DNA of 64,000 bases from Escherichia phage EC100. Below, one piece after another: positions 44,154-53,051 of the stretch. The notes below the pieces were generated by a model. That model had not been told where the DNA came from. It saw only the letters and a list, made by a program, of their open reading frames with translations, and ran no database searches. Location: the sequence record NC_105587.1; one strand, given 5' to 3'. Each line of letters begins with the position of its first letter. Within the stretch, counting starts at the first letter, position 1. The translations under genes and the position numbers were made by a program.

Positions 44154-44454
44154 ATAAGAGGGGCTTTCGCCCCCTGATTTAAATCATTTGCCCAGCAGTT
44201 TAAGGATATTTTCCATAATAGTTTGGGCAGATTTTTCACTCTTGCTGGTTTCAGCCAACTTTAAAGCTAGTTCTTCCTGCTGTTTCTGAATATCCGCAGC
44301 AATTTTTTGATCAGCCTCAATACGAGCTTGAAGCTCATCAGTGATAGTGGTAAAGGAAGCAACGATTTCAGCAACGGAACGTGGTTTCTTAGAGAACATA
44401 AAAATATCCTTGATTAGTTAGAGAATTAGTCGATTGTAAGGGGCTTTCGCCCCT
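44154..44454. repeat. two copies of GC hairpin AGGGGCTTTCGCCCCT
   Basis: identical 16-nt palindromic hairpins at ~44158-44173 and ~44439-44454 flanking gene 44184..44399. Confidence 0.6.
44184..44399 (-). CDS. hypothetical protein
   Basis: 71-aa ORF flanked by hairpins. Confidence 0.45.
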   Translation of the reverse strand: MFSKKPRSVAEIVASFTTITDELQARIEADQKIAADIQKQQEELALKLAETSKSEKSAQTIMENILKLLGK

Positions 44455-44463
44455 ATTTATCTG

Positions 44464-44979
44464 TTACTTCGCTTTACGCTTGCGCGCTGGTTTAGCAGAT
44501 TTACGAGCAGAATCACCCGTGAACTTAATGCCTACACCGTAGCACAGAGCACGAACATTATCTTTACTATACTCTACGCCAAAGATATTTGGCTTAACAG
44601 ACCCAAACTGTCCATGAGTATCACGCAATACATCTGCTGTTGGTTTACGCTTCTGGTTAACTGCCTTCTCATAGTCTTTCATAGACATACCATTACGAGA
44701 GAACAACTCAGCCCCAGCGTTGAAGCTCAGGGAAACTGGGACAGATTTGTGGCCGTAATTTTCTACATACATAACCATTTTGTAAGATTTACGGGTGGCA
44801 TTTTTAGCTTTAGGCTTCTGACGAATCGGAGCCGGATTATTCAGTGCTTGCGCAGCCTGAGCATCGGTAGGGTGCTTACGCAGGTGGCGTTCCAGACGAG
44901 CTTTGCGATTAGCCTCGGTCTGTGGGAAAGTTTTAACTGTAGTAGCTGCTTGAGTTTTTGCGTTTTTCTGCTTAGCCAT
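44464..44979 (-). CDS. basic protein (possible nucleic-acid binding)
   Basis: 171 aa; Lys/Arg-rich termini. Confidence 0.5.
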   Translation of the reverse strand: MAKQKNAKTQAATTVKTFPQTEANRKARLERHLRKHPTDAQAAQALNNPAPIRQKPKAKNATRKSYKMVMYVENYGHKSVPVSLSFNAGAELFSRNGMSMKDYEKAVNQKRKPTADVLRDTHGQFGSVKPNIFGVEYSKDNVRALCYGVGIKFTGDSARKSAKPARKRKAK

Positions 44980-45017
44980 TATTTGTTTTCCTTTTTGTTT
45001 ATCAATTTATGAAGTAT

Positions 45018-45046
45018 ATTATACGAGAATTTGAAGCGTTTAGCAA
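45018..45046 (-). promoter_or_regulatory. strong sigma70 early promoter
   Basis: TTGCTA/17 bp/TATAAT. Confidence 0.6.
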
Positions 45047-45054
45047 ATGAATTT

Positions 45055-45504
45055 TTAATTTATTAACTGTAAGCTTCTTTTAATTTCAGACCTTACCTGC
45101 ATCAAAAGAACTCCCAAAGTATTATCCCCGATGCCTCGGCAAACACCCCAATATGTATCTCCCCAGGTATTTCCTTCAATCAAAGTTGCATTTTCTGTTG
45201 CTAACAGTTTATCTCTCAAATCAGGGAGTGCAAACTTTAACCGTAAAAGCTCTAGCATTACATCATCTTTTACCTTATCCCAGTCAGAGCGTAGAGTTAA
45301 TTTACGTCCTCTACGTTTAGCAACTCCTGCATTTAGGGAGCGTAGTACATGAGCTACATCATCTTTTTGGTCGGATTTCATAGCCTGAAAAGCATGTTCT
45401 ACAGTATCAGCATGCCATATTTCATTTAGATATTCGAAAGTAATTGGTGATAAATAAAAGTTAGATAAGAAACTATAAGCACCTTTAAATTCAGTAATCT
45501 TCAT
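45055..45504 (-). CDS. NADAR (YbiA-like) domain protein
   Basis: 149 aa; 'FLSNFYLSPI', 'EHAFQAMK', 'AKRRGRK', 'DWDKVKDDVM', 'TWGDTYWG', 'NTLGVLLMQVR' align with E. coli YbiA/NADAR blocks. Confidence 0.8.
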   Translation of the reverse strand: MKITEFKGAYSFLSNFYLSPITFEYLNEIWHADTVEHAFQAMKSDQKDDVAHVLRSLNAGVAKRRGRKLTLRSDWDKVKDDVMLELLRLKFALPDLRDKLLATENATLIEGNTWGDTYWGVCRGIGDNTLGVLLMQVRSEIKRSLQLIN

Positions 45505-45785
45505 TTTTTACGCCCCGCATCTTTGGCCTCTTCGGCTGTATAGATATACTGGTAAGCCCCTTTGGAGTAGGCTGGAGCAGTACACAGTTTCTTACGCTCA
45601 ATCTCTTCTTGAGCTTTTCTTTCGCGTTCAGCTAATTCTTCATCCAGATAAACTAAACGTTGTTCTGGAGGAGGTGGAAGACGTGTTTCTGGCTCACCAA
45701 TATTAGCCTTTCTTATTTGACGAGGTGATTGTGCACGTTTTCTCAATGATTTAAACCCTAGTGAATTTGAGTTATAAATTCGCAT
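45501..45785 (-). CDS. hypothetical protein
   Basis: 94-aa ORF, start/stop-coupled. Confidence 0.45.
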   Translation of the reverse strand: MRIYNSNSLGFKSLRKRAQSPRQIRKANIGEPETRLPPPPEQRLVYLDEELAERERKAQEEIERKKLCTAPAYSKGAYQYIYTAEEAKDAGRKK

Positions 45786-45861
45786 AAAGCCCTCCTCACT
45801 TTCAATACGAATATTATACTAAATTAGAGAGCTTTAAGCAAGAAGATTTTTAATTTATTTA

Positions 45862-46338
45862 TCACATCTCAGCCATTTCAGCTTCAGTAATAACTGTGTT
45901 ACACAAAGCATCTACAGCTTCATTACCACTAATACCAGAATGTCCTTTAACCTTAATAAAGGTAGGATTAGTATTATGAAAGTTGATATACTGCTGTGTT
46001 AATTTAAATGCTTCCTGCCAAAGTTCTAGATTAAGAGGAACTTCACCATCTGCTTTCTTCCAGCCTTTTCTTTGCCAAGAAAACATCCAACTTTCCATAC
46101 CATTTTTGCAATAAGCAGAGTCAGTATAGATAATAATTGGTCTATTATCTTTTTTAACGGACCAACGTAGAGCTTCTACAATAGCCGTGAGTTCCATCTC
46201 ATTATTTGTAGTTTTAGGACTATACCCAGATTTAGAACCTAAACGATCGTCGTTATCATCATAGACAATAAAACCCCAAGCACCTAAACCCGGATTGCCT
46301 TTACATGCACCATCTGTGTAAATGTGGAAAACCGACAT
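45862..46338 (-). CDS. rnh: ribonuclease H
   Basis: 158 aa; 'IYTDGAC', 'NEMEL', 'IYTDS', 'GH..N...D' RNase HI signature. Confidence 0.8.
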   Translation of the reverse strand: MSVFHIYTDGACKGNPGLGAWGFIVYDDNDDRLGSKSGYSPKTTNNEMELTAIVEALRWSVKKDNRPIIIYTDSAYCKNGMESWMFSWQRKGWKKADGEVPLNLELWQEAFKLTQQYINFHNTNPTFIKVKGHSGISGNEAVDALCNTVITEAEMAEM

Positions 46339-46538
46339 TATTTTTCACCTTCTGTTATCTCTTTAGTTTTTGACTGGGTAGGAGACTTGGGTTTTATAGC
46401 CTCTAACTCTCTATCCAGAAATTCCTCTATTGCTCTATCTACAAAATAATCATATGGTAAATGATAATATTCTGATAGAGTAAGAAGTTTGAGTTCTTGC
46501 TTTTCTGTTAAATAAACTTTCTTTCTAAAGAGTCCCAT
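46338..46538 (-). CDS. hypothetical protein
   Basis: 66-aa ORF. Confidence 0.45.
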   Translation of the reverse strand: MGLFRKKVYLTEKQELKLLTLSEYYHLPYDYFVDRAIEEFLDRELEAIKPKSPTQSKTKEITEGEK

Positions 46539-46564
46539 ATGTGTATCTCCAATTTATAAAATAT

Positions 46565-46593
46565 ATTATATTTAAATTTCACTAAATAAGCAA
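46565..46593 (-). promoter_or_regulatory. strong sigma70 early promoter
   Basis: TTGCTT/17 bp/TATAAT. Confidence 0.6.
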
Positions 46594-46605
46594 ATGAAAT
46601 TTAAA

Positions 46606-46626
46606 TATAATAGCCCCGAAGGGCTA
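46606..46626 (-). terminator. hairpin terminator downstream of thy
   Basis: TAGCCC-CGAA-GGGCTA then T-rich. Confidence 0.5.
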
Positions 46627-46632
46627 TTTAAG

Positions 46633-47472
46633 TTAAGAGGACATTTTAGCTTTAAGAGCTGGATGAGGATCGTACCCCTCTAAATGGAATGACCAAGCTG
46701 CCGTATTATTTTCTAGTAAGTCGTAAAGATCTACAAACTCTGGCATTACTAGAGTTGGTAAAGAACGAGGTTTACGTTTTACCTGTTCTTCTACCTGTTC
46801 CATATGGTCATTATAGATATGAGTATCACCACCACTAAAGATAAGATAACGAGGTTTTAATCCTGTCAGTTTTGCTAATATATGTGTTAATAAAGCATAA
46901 CTAGCAATATTGAAAGGTAAACCGAGGAAACAATCTACAGAACGTTGTGTCCATTTAAGGTCTAGGTATCCATCGTTACTTACATAGCATTGGAAGCCGT
47001 AGTGACAGGGTGGTAATGCCATCTTATCCAGTTCAGCAACGTTCCATGCAGAAACTAGATGTCTGCGGCCATGAGGATTATTCTTGAGTCCCTCAATAAG
47101 TTCTAGAATCTGATCTCGCCCACCAAAGTTACGCCACTGTTTGCCATATACTGGTCCTAGATTACCCTTATCATACCCCATACTTATAGCTTGGTCTTCA
47201 TAATTTGGAGTCCAGATGGTCCACTGCCCTTCGTCACGACCAAATGTGAATACACGTAGATCATGAAGATTTGTGGAACCAGACAAGAACCATAAAAGTT
47301 CTCCTACTACTGATTTCCAGGCCAGGCGTTTGGTAGTTACAGCTGGGAACCCTTCACGTAGGTCGAACTTAGCATAGGAATCAAAAATTGAAACTGTGCC
47401 TGTTCCTGTACGGTCATTACGGGGTTCACCTAGTAAAATTACATCTGTCAAAATTTTTAAATATTGTTGCAT
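46633..47472 (-). CDS. thy: thymidylate synthase
   Basis: 279 aa; 'LPPCHYGFQCYV' active-site region. Confidence 0.85.
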   Translation of the reverse strand: MQQYLKILTDVILLGEPRNDRTGTGTVSIFDSYAKFDLREGFPAVTTKRLAWKSVVGELLWFLSGSTNLHDLRVFTFGRDEGQWTIWTPNYEDQAISMGYDKGNLGPVYGKQWRNFGGRDQILELIEGLKNNPHGRRHLVSAWNVAELDKMALPPCHYGFQCYVSNDGYLDLKWTQRSVDCFLGLPFNIASYALLTHILAKLTGLKPRYLIFSGGDTHIYNDHMEQVEEQVKRKPRSLPTLVMPEFVDLYDLLENNTAAWSFHLEGYDPHPALKAKMSS

Positions 47473-48005
47473 TAATAAGTAACCAATTCCTGTACAAATC
47501 GCAGGCTGTTATCACTGTTTGCGCCAACTGCATAGACTAATCGGGTGGATTCATAATTATAATCCAGTATCATACTATCTAGGTGTATATCTGCCTCTAG
47601 CTTCTGTTCGCTAAAGATTGTAGATACAAAAGCACTTTCTATATGCCCATGTTGGTACATTTCTAGAAGAAGATTAGCTCCGCCTAGAACTACTGTTTGC
47701 TGATCTTTTAGAAAAGTAGGTAATGTATCACCTATCATTGATATGGGAGTGTAAATATCATGTGTAATATCGTCTGGCAGTGGACGATCAGCACGAATAA
47801 ATAGGTCAGAAGCTCCAATCATACGTTCCCTAACGGCGTATGGAAGAGCTAAATAAGTACCTGCCCCAATAATAATATTATCAGGATTTAGTACATCTAA
47901 TTGTGAATAAAAAGCATCTAGTTCTTCTTTAAAAGAACCCCAGGGAAGCTTACCTCGGAGGCCGAACTCCCCATTCGGCCCAACTGCATATATTGCTGTA
48001 ATCAT
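47472..48005 (-). CDS. frd: dihydrofolate reductase
   Basis: 177 aa; N-terminal 'MITAIYAVGPNGEFGLRGKLPW'; coupled to thy. Confidence 0.75.
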   Translation of the reverse strand: MITAIYAVGPNGEFGLRGKLPWGSFKEELDAFYSQLDVLNPDNIIIGAGTYLALPYAVRERMIGASDLFIRADRPLPDDITHDIYTPISMIGDTLPTFLKDQQTVVLGGANLLLEMYQHGHIESAFVSTIFSEQKLEADIHLDSMILDYNYESTRLVYAVGANSDNSLRFVQELVTY

Positions 48006-49147
48006 AGGAAATCTCCAAATTCATTGCCCAGATCTTTCAGAGTATCAGTAGAGGTCTCAGTTACCTGACCTACACGGTAAGCTGCACCAATCTGGATTTC
48101 TTGTGGAGCAGGCTGTAGAGAAGTAGTATCCAACCAGTTCATGATCCACGGAATAGGGTTTTTGGTGATTACTGGTAAGTGACTAGGCCATTCTACACCA
48201 ATGTGCATAAATGCGTTACGTCCCACAAAGTACAAGTATTCTTCTAGAAGTTCTGCATTCAAACCAATCAGACTACGACCTTTGAAGATGAAATGACCCC
48301 ATTCAATTTCAGTTTTCAGAGTTTTCAGGAGCTGTGCTGGTGCTTTAGCCACTGCTTCATCTACCAGATCTTTGTCAAACTGCTGGAACATAATCTGGAT
48401 GATTGTTTTAGACATCTGAGTATGTAGGGCTTCATCTTTAGCAATCAACTGCAGATTTTTAGCAATACCTTGCAGAATATCGTTCTCTGCTAACGCAAAG
48501 GTACATGCAAAGGATGCGTAGAACTGCATTGCTTCTAGACCGTAGATTGCAAAATAAGCGTCTAATAACTTAGCCTGAGTTTCACGTTTAACTTCAGGAA
48601 ACTCTGTTTCTGGGTAAGTATTATCACCACGATGATCGCGTACTGCGATGAAATACTGACCTAACTGGTACAATTCATCGAACAGTTCAACAGAATCAGC
48701 GATACGTGCGAATGCTTCTTGGTTTTTAGTTACAGAATCAATAAATTCTGCCGGATCAGTCAGCACATTACGGATAATATTGCTATACGCACGACTATGC
48801 AGGTCTTCAAAATAGCTCCACTGCTTGAGCATACCTTCCAATTCTGGACGGCTTACAAGCGGCATAATAGCTGCTTCAGGAGCACGACTGATAAAGGAAT
48901 CTGTTTGAGTCTGCCATGCTAAGTTCAGGAGTGTGATTTCCTGGATTTCACGTGGGAGATTGGGCCATTGTTTCTTATCTGCTTCCAGACTGATTTCAGT
49001 TTCAGTCCAAAATTGAGAGCGTTGCAGAAGTGCCAGACGTTCTAGTTCTGGATGTGCTACACGTACATAATCTGCGATACCTAGAGAATCGCCCAGGAAA
49101 AGATCAGCGTTAGTATGATCCCAATTCAGGTTTAGTAAAGTAGTCAT
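48002..49147 (-). CDS. nrdB: ribonucleotide reductase small subunit
   Basis: 381 aa; class Ia R2-like; downstream of nrdA. Confidence 0.8.
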   Translation of the reverse strand: MTTLLNLNWDHTNADLFLGDSLGIADYVRVAHPELERLALLQRSQFWTETEISLEADKKQWPNLPREIQEITLLNLAWQTQTDSFISRAPEAAIMPLVSRPELEGMLKQWSYFEDLHSRAYSNIIRNVLTDPAEFIDSVTKNQEAFARIADSVELFDELYQLGQYFIAVRDHRGDNTYPETEFPEVKRETQAKLLDAYFAIYGLEAMQFYASFACTFALAENDILQGIAKNLQLIAKDEALHTQMSKTIIQIMFQQFDKDLVDEAVAKAPAQLLKTLKTEIEWGHFIFKGRSLIGLNAELLEEYLYFVGRNAFMHIGVEWPSHLPVITKNPIPWIMNWLDTTSLQPAPQEIQIGAAYRVGQVTETSTDTLKDLGNEFGDFL

Positions 49148-49178
49148 TGATTTTCCTCTTTCTCACTATTTCAGGAAT

Positions 49179-49207
49179 ATTATAGCAAATCAGGTAGCGA
49201 TTAGCAA
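49179..49207 (-). promoter_or_regulatory. strong sigma70 early promoter
   Basis: TTGCTA/17 bp/TATAAT upstream of nrdB. Confidence 0.6.
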
Positions 49208-49254
49208 GTAAAATTTCAAAGAAAAAGGAGACCCGAAGATCTCCTTGTTTTTTA

Positions 49255-51585
49255 TTATAACTGGCAACCACCAGAAGCACAACCCGCTGCTTCTTCACCA
49301 GCTCCTCCACCATTCGCAGTGTTAAAGTTAGCATAATACCAAGTTTTTATACCGTACTTAACAGCAGTCATGAAATCACGAACTACTACTGGGCCAGGGA
49401 TGATTTCATTCTCGAATTTAGAGTAATCATAATACATCTGGAAACTTGATGACTGATTCAAGAATTTTTGGTAAACGGCGTTCCACTTGATCCACTCAGT
49501 GCGATCAATATCATAGGCCAGTTTATAGCTCATTAATGTTTCCCAATCAGTCGCACCTGGGGCAATTGCAATTACTTTATTCACTGCACTACCCTTGATA
49601 GATACAATCTTACGAGGTGGCTCAATTGAGTTGGTAACACCTAACAGAACAGAGGAACTTTCTCCCGGCATCTGAGCAGTCAGAACAGAGTTACGCATAC
49701 CGTATTTCAGAATATCTGCACGGAGAGATTCCCAATCCATTTCTAGACCTACGGATACCAGCTCATCAACAGTTTTCTTATACGTGTCGATTACCAGAAT
49801 TCCTTTGGATGGTTTAGTACGATTAAACCATTCACATGCACCTTGTTCTTTAGCCAGACGTACAGAGGCTTTATGTAGGAAGTAAGACAGTTTTTCAGCC
49901 TCACGGTGAATCCAGTTACGTGCTTCAACGCCTTCATAAGCCAGACCTTCTGCTGCCATTGCACCTGCTGCGTTCATAAGGCCAATACCAACGTTACGAC
50001 GTTTCTTAGCTGTATATTCCATAGTTGGGAACGGATAGTCCTGAATTTCAATAATTGTATCAACGAATTTCAGGAGGATGTAGCAAGTTTTTTCCCACTC
50101 AGCCAGAGATTCCATGCGTCCTAGTACAACACCACCTAAGTTACACAGAGATACTTCCCCAATATCCTCCGGCTTCATTTGATCAAGTTGTTCTTTTGTT
50201 TTATACAGTTCCGTGATATGATGGAGCGGGCGTGTAGGCTGAGTAATTTCAACACAAAGGTTTGTCATACGGATTGGATCAAGGAAGTTACCGTGACGAT
50301 TAGATTCCCCAATGTGGTGCGCATACATGCGTCCTGTTTCCATTCGGATACGTAGCCAGGTATCTAGGATTTCTTTTGCAGAGACTTTAGGAGCTGCTGG
50401 AACTGTTTTTCCTTCGTGGTCGATCTTTGTAAGAGATGCCACACGTTTCTCCGCTGCCACATAGATTTCTTCAAATTTAGCCTCGTCATCACTATAAAAC
50501 GCTTCATGAACTTCTGGAGCATAGAAGTATGACATTAGCGTAATATCTTCATTTTTCAGATAACGTTTTAACAAAAGATTGTTGAAACTCAGAGAATAAT
50601 CCATCTTATCGATTTTATTCTCATCTGTAGCACGTTGTTGCTTAACCTGCATCAACTGGATGATTTCAGGGTCAAAGTAAGGATAGGATACAGTAGCAGA
50701 ACCACCACGAGTTTGCTGAGTATTAGCCTTTACTGATCGGTCAATGTGTCGATAATATGGCAGTTTTCCGGAATGCGGGAATGCCCCATTTCGCACCGGA
50801 TCAGCAATTGATCGGCTTTCAAGATGATACCCGATTCCCGCTCTGGCTGCGACCATTTTAAAAACGATGTGCTCGGCTGTGTCGATTGAATCCAATGTGT
50901 CAGTGGAATCCACGAGGCAGCAACTAGCAAATCCACGGTCACTAGAGCGCAAGCCAACCAATGGCGGCGTAGGAACGTTGATTTTGTGGAGCGACATTGC
51001 ATTGTAGAGGTCGATTGCATCTAGAATTGTCCAGTTAGGTTGAGATAACATCGCCATTGCCATGCCCATATAGGCAAATTGCGGGGTTTCGTAAATTTCG
51101 CCAGTTGCGATATTACGACGGGAATACTTATCAAAGAATTGTTTCAGTCCTCCGCTAGTGAAAAGACGGTCACGATCATGATCAATAACCTGATTCAAAG
51201 CCTCAAACTGCTCATCGGTAATCCATGCACTCATGTCTTCCCATGCACCTACACTAACCATATGATCGTGGAAAAAGCGTAGAGAAGGTGGTTCGAAGGA
51301 ATCATAAAGGCGTTTACGCATCTGCGCAAGACGTAATTCCTTTGCAGGCACGTCGTATGCTGGATTATCTTTGATAAGACTTTCAGCAGCTTTAATTAAC
51401 GCATCCATCAGAGTATCGGAATCTACAACCCCTTTAGGCAGAGTTTTTTGAGCAGCCATAGTAATGGCTGACCAACTTACATCAACTGTTTTGCAACCAT
51501 ACTCTGCCCAACCATTGAGTTTTTCAGGAGCAAAGTCTTCTACAGTACCGTCACGTTTAATTACTTTTTCAATGCGATGGCTCAT
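49255..51585 (-). CDS. nrdA: ribonucleotide reductase large subunit
   Basis: ORF trimmed to 'MSHRIEKVIKRDG' (ATP-cone) with AAGGAAA RBS; ~776 aa. Confidence 0.85.
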   Translation of the reverse strand: MSHRIEKVIKRDGTVEDFAPEKLNGWAEYGCKTVDVSWSAITMAAQKTLPKGVVDSDTLMDALIKAAESLIKDNPAYDVPAKELRLAQMRKRLYDSFEPPSLRFFHDHMVSVGAWEDMSAWITDEQFEALNQVIDHDRDRLFTSGGLKQFFDKYSRRNIATGEIYETPQFAYMGMAMAMLSQPNWTILDAIDLYNAMSLHKINVPTPPLVGLRSSDRGFASCCLVDSTDTLDSIDTAEHIVFKMVAARAGIGYHLESRSIADPVRNGAFPHSGKLPYYRHIDRSVKANTQQTRGGSATVSYPYFDPEIIQLMQVKQQRATDENKIDKMDYSLSFNNLLLKRYLKNEDITLMSYFYAPEVHEAFYSDDEAKFEEIYVAAEKRVASLTKIDHEGKTVPAAPKVSAKEILDTWLRIRMETGRMYAHHIGESNRHGNFLDPIRMTNLCVEITQPTRPLHHITELYKTKEQLDQMKPEDIGEVSLCNLGGVVLGRMESLAEWEKTCYILLKFVDTIIEIQDYPFPTMEYTAKKRRNVGIGLMNAAGAMAAEGLAYEGVEARNWIHREAEKLSYFLHKASVRLAKEQGACEWFNRTKPSKGILVIDTYKKTVDELVSVGLEMDWESLRADILKYGMRNSVLTAQMPGESSSVLLGVTNSIEPPRKIVSIKGSAVNKVIAIAPGATDWETLMSYKLAYDIDRTEWIKWNAVYQKFLNQSSSFQMYYDYSKFENEIIPGPVVVRDFMTAVKYGIKTWYYANFNTANGGGAGEEAAGCASGGCQL

Positions 51586-51729
51586 TTGGTTTTCCTTTTT
51601 ATAGTTATCAGGATTTAGGAAATAGTTTACTTTATTCTCAGTCATTTGGCAAATAAAATTTTCTGATAGAAAAGGCCCGAGTATTTTCATACCCAGGCCT
51701 TCTGTGTTGTCAGTCTAGTTTTTGGCCAC

Positions 51730-51927
51730 TTAAGTTCTCAGCAGAATATCTATTGAGGTACTTAGTTCATTATAATTGAAGGGCCGATTTGGATTTGAGG
51801 TTACAATTTTCCACGCTAGGGTAGTCTTAGGACTATCTTCCCCTTCCTTACGTGTAATCATATTAGCAGCACTCAGTGAAGTACGATGTATTTTTGTTTT
51901 ACGGTGTAGATGTACGACGTTTCCCAT
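51730..51927 (-). CDS. hypothetical protein
   Basis: 65-aa ORF. Confidence 0.4.
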   Translation of the reverse strand: MGNVVHLHRKTKIHRTSLSAANMITRKEGEDSPKTTLAWKIVTSNPNRPFNYNELSTSIDILLRT

Positions 51928-51928
51928 A

Positions 51929-52690
51929 TTACACCTTCCCCATGTCTTTAAAAATATCGTAGAATGCTTTAGACTCAGCAGAACGAACGTTATCGATCAA
52001 TTCGATCATTGAGAATGGAGCATTTTCATATTTCTCATAAACTTCCATAAGAAGTGCTAGACCTGAGTCACCTTTAATGTCTTTCTGAGCTATATCTCCG
52101 CAGATAATTAAACGGCAGTCTTGTCCTACACGAGTTAGGAGACAAACCATTGCCTCAACGGAAATATTCTGAGCTTCATCGACAATTACATAGGAGTTGT
52201 TGAAAGTTCTGCCACGAGCATGTTCTATAGCCAAAAATTTAATTTTCTGGCGTTCGACATATCCCTTATAGGCATGATCACCGATGGCCCATTTCATACC
52301 ATCAGCTATTGGCTCCAACCAAGGCTCTAGCTTTTCTGCTAGATCACCAGGAAGCATACCAAGAGACTTACCTAGAGGTTCATTAGGACGTACGAGAATC
52401 ACTTGCTCAATATCTGAGTGAATGTCTACGAGTTCCTGAGCTGCAAGAACGGACGGGATAAAGGTTTTACCTGTACCTGGTTCACCGATACCTACAGTCA
52501 CTGTGTTGTTCTTGATCATATTGATATATGATTTTTGCTCTCGGTTTTTACCTACTAGGGATTTAGCAACTGGGTTAGCGTAATCATTAGAAAAATCAGC
52601 CTGAATTACGTTATTCTCATATTTGTTGCCACGCTTTCTTGAACCATTGCGGTTCTCTCTTTTTTGACGTGCTTTTCCCATAAATAACAC
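51929..52690 (-). CDS. phoH: PhoH-like ATPase
   Basis: 253 aa; Walker A 'GEPGTGKTF', Walker B 'VIVDEAQN'. Confidence 0.8.
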   Translation of the reverse strand: MLFMGKARQKRENRNGSRKRGNKYENNVIQADFSNDYANPVAKSLVGKNREQKSYINMIKNNTVTVGIGEPGTGKTFIPSVLAAQELVDIHSDIEQVILVRPNEPLGKSLGMLPGDLAEKLEPWLEPIADGMKWAIGDHAYKGYVERQKIKFLAIEHARGRTFNNSYVIVDEAQNISVEAMVCLLTRVGQDCRLIICGDIAQKDIKGDSGLALLMEVYEKYENAPFSMIELIDNVRSAESKAFYDIFKDMGKV

Positions 52691-52754
52691 TCCTATAGTG
52701 TACTTCGCTAACAGAGGATCAACAAAAAGATCTTGTTTATCAACTTACAAATAT

Positions 52755-52783
52755 ATTATACCAGTATATGCAGTAAAAAGCAA
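52755..52783 (-). promoter_or_regulatory. strong sigma70 early promoter
   Basis: TTGCTT/17 bp/TATAAT upstream of phoH. Confidence 0.6.
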
Positions 52784-52993
52784 CTACAATTTTAAATAAG
52801 CCTATGATATTGCATTTAAATAAAAAATTTGCTTGCTTTTAACGGGAAATGTATGGTATTAGATAATCATTTTATACCGCGTACATAGGTGCGTGATTAT
52901 ACTATTTTAAGTACAAAATAGCAAATAAATTTTTTAACAATTTGCTAACCTTTTAGCACAGATCAAAATACAATATCTAAGAGAAAAATTATA

Positions 52994-53022
52994 TTGACAT
53001 TTGCCCTTGAATAAGCTATAAT
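52994..53022 (+). promoter_or_regulatory. consensus sigma70 promoter
   Basis: TTGACA/17 bp/TATAAT, 30 nt upstream of nrdD start. Confidence 0.65.
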
Positions 53023-53051
53023 AGTAGTCTTAGCTAGAGAAGGAGAGTATA

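Noticed and set aside
49110-51282. ORFs 49110..49334, 49906..50124, 50730..51020 and 51079..51282
   Set aside because: Nested within nrdA or the nrdB promoter region in alternative frames or antisense.
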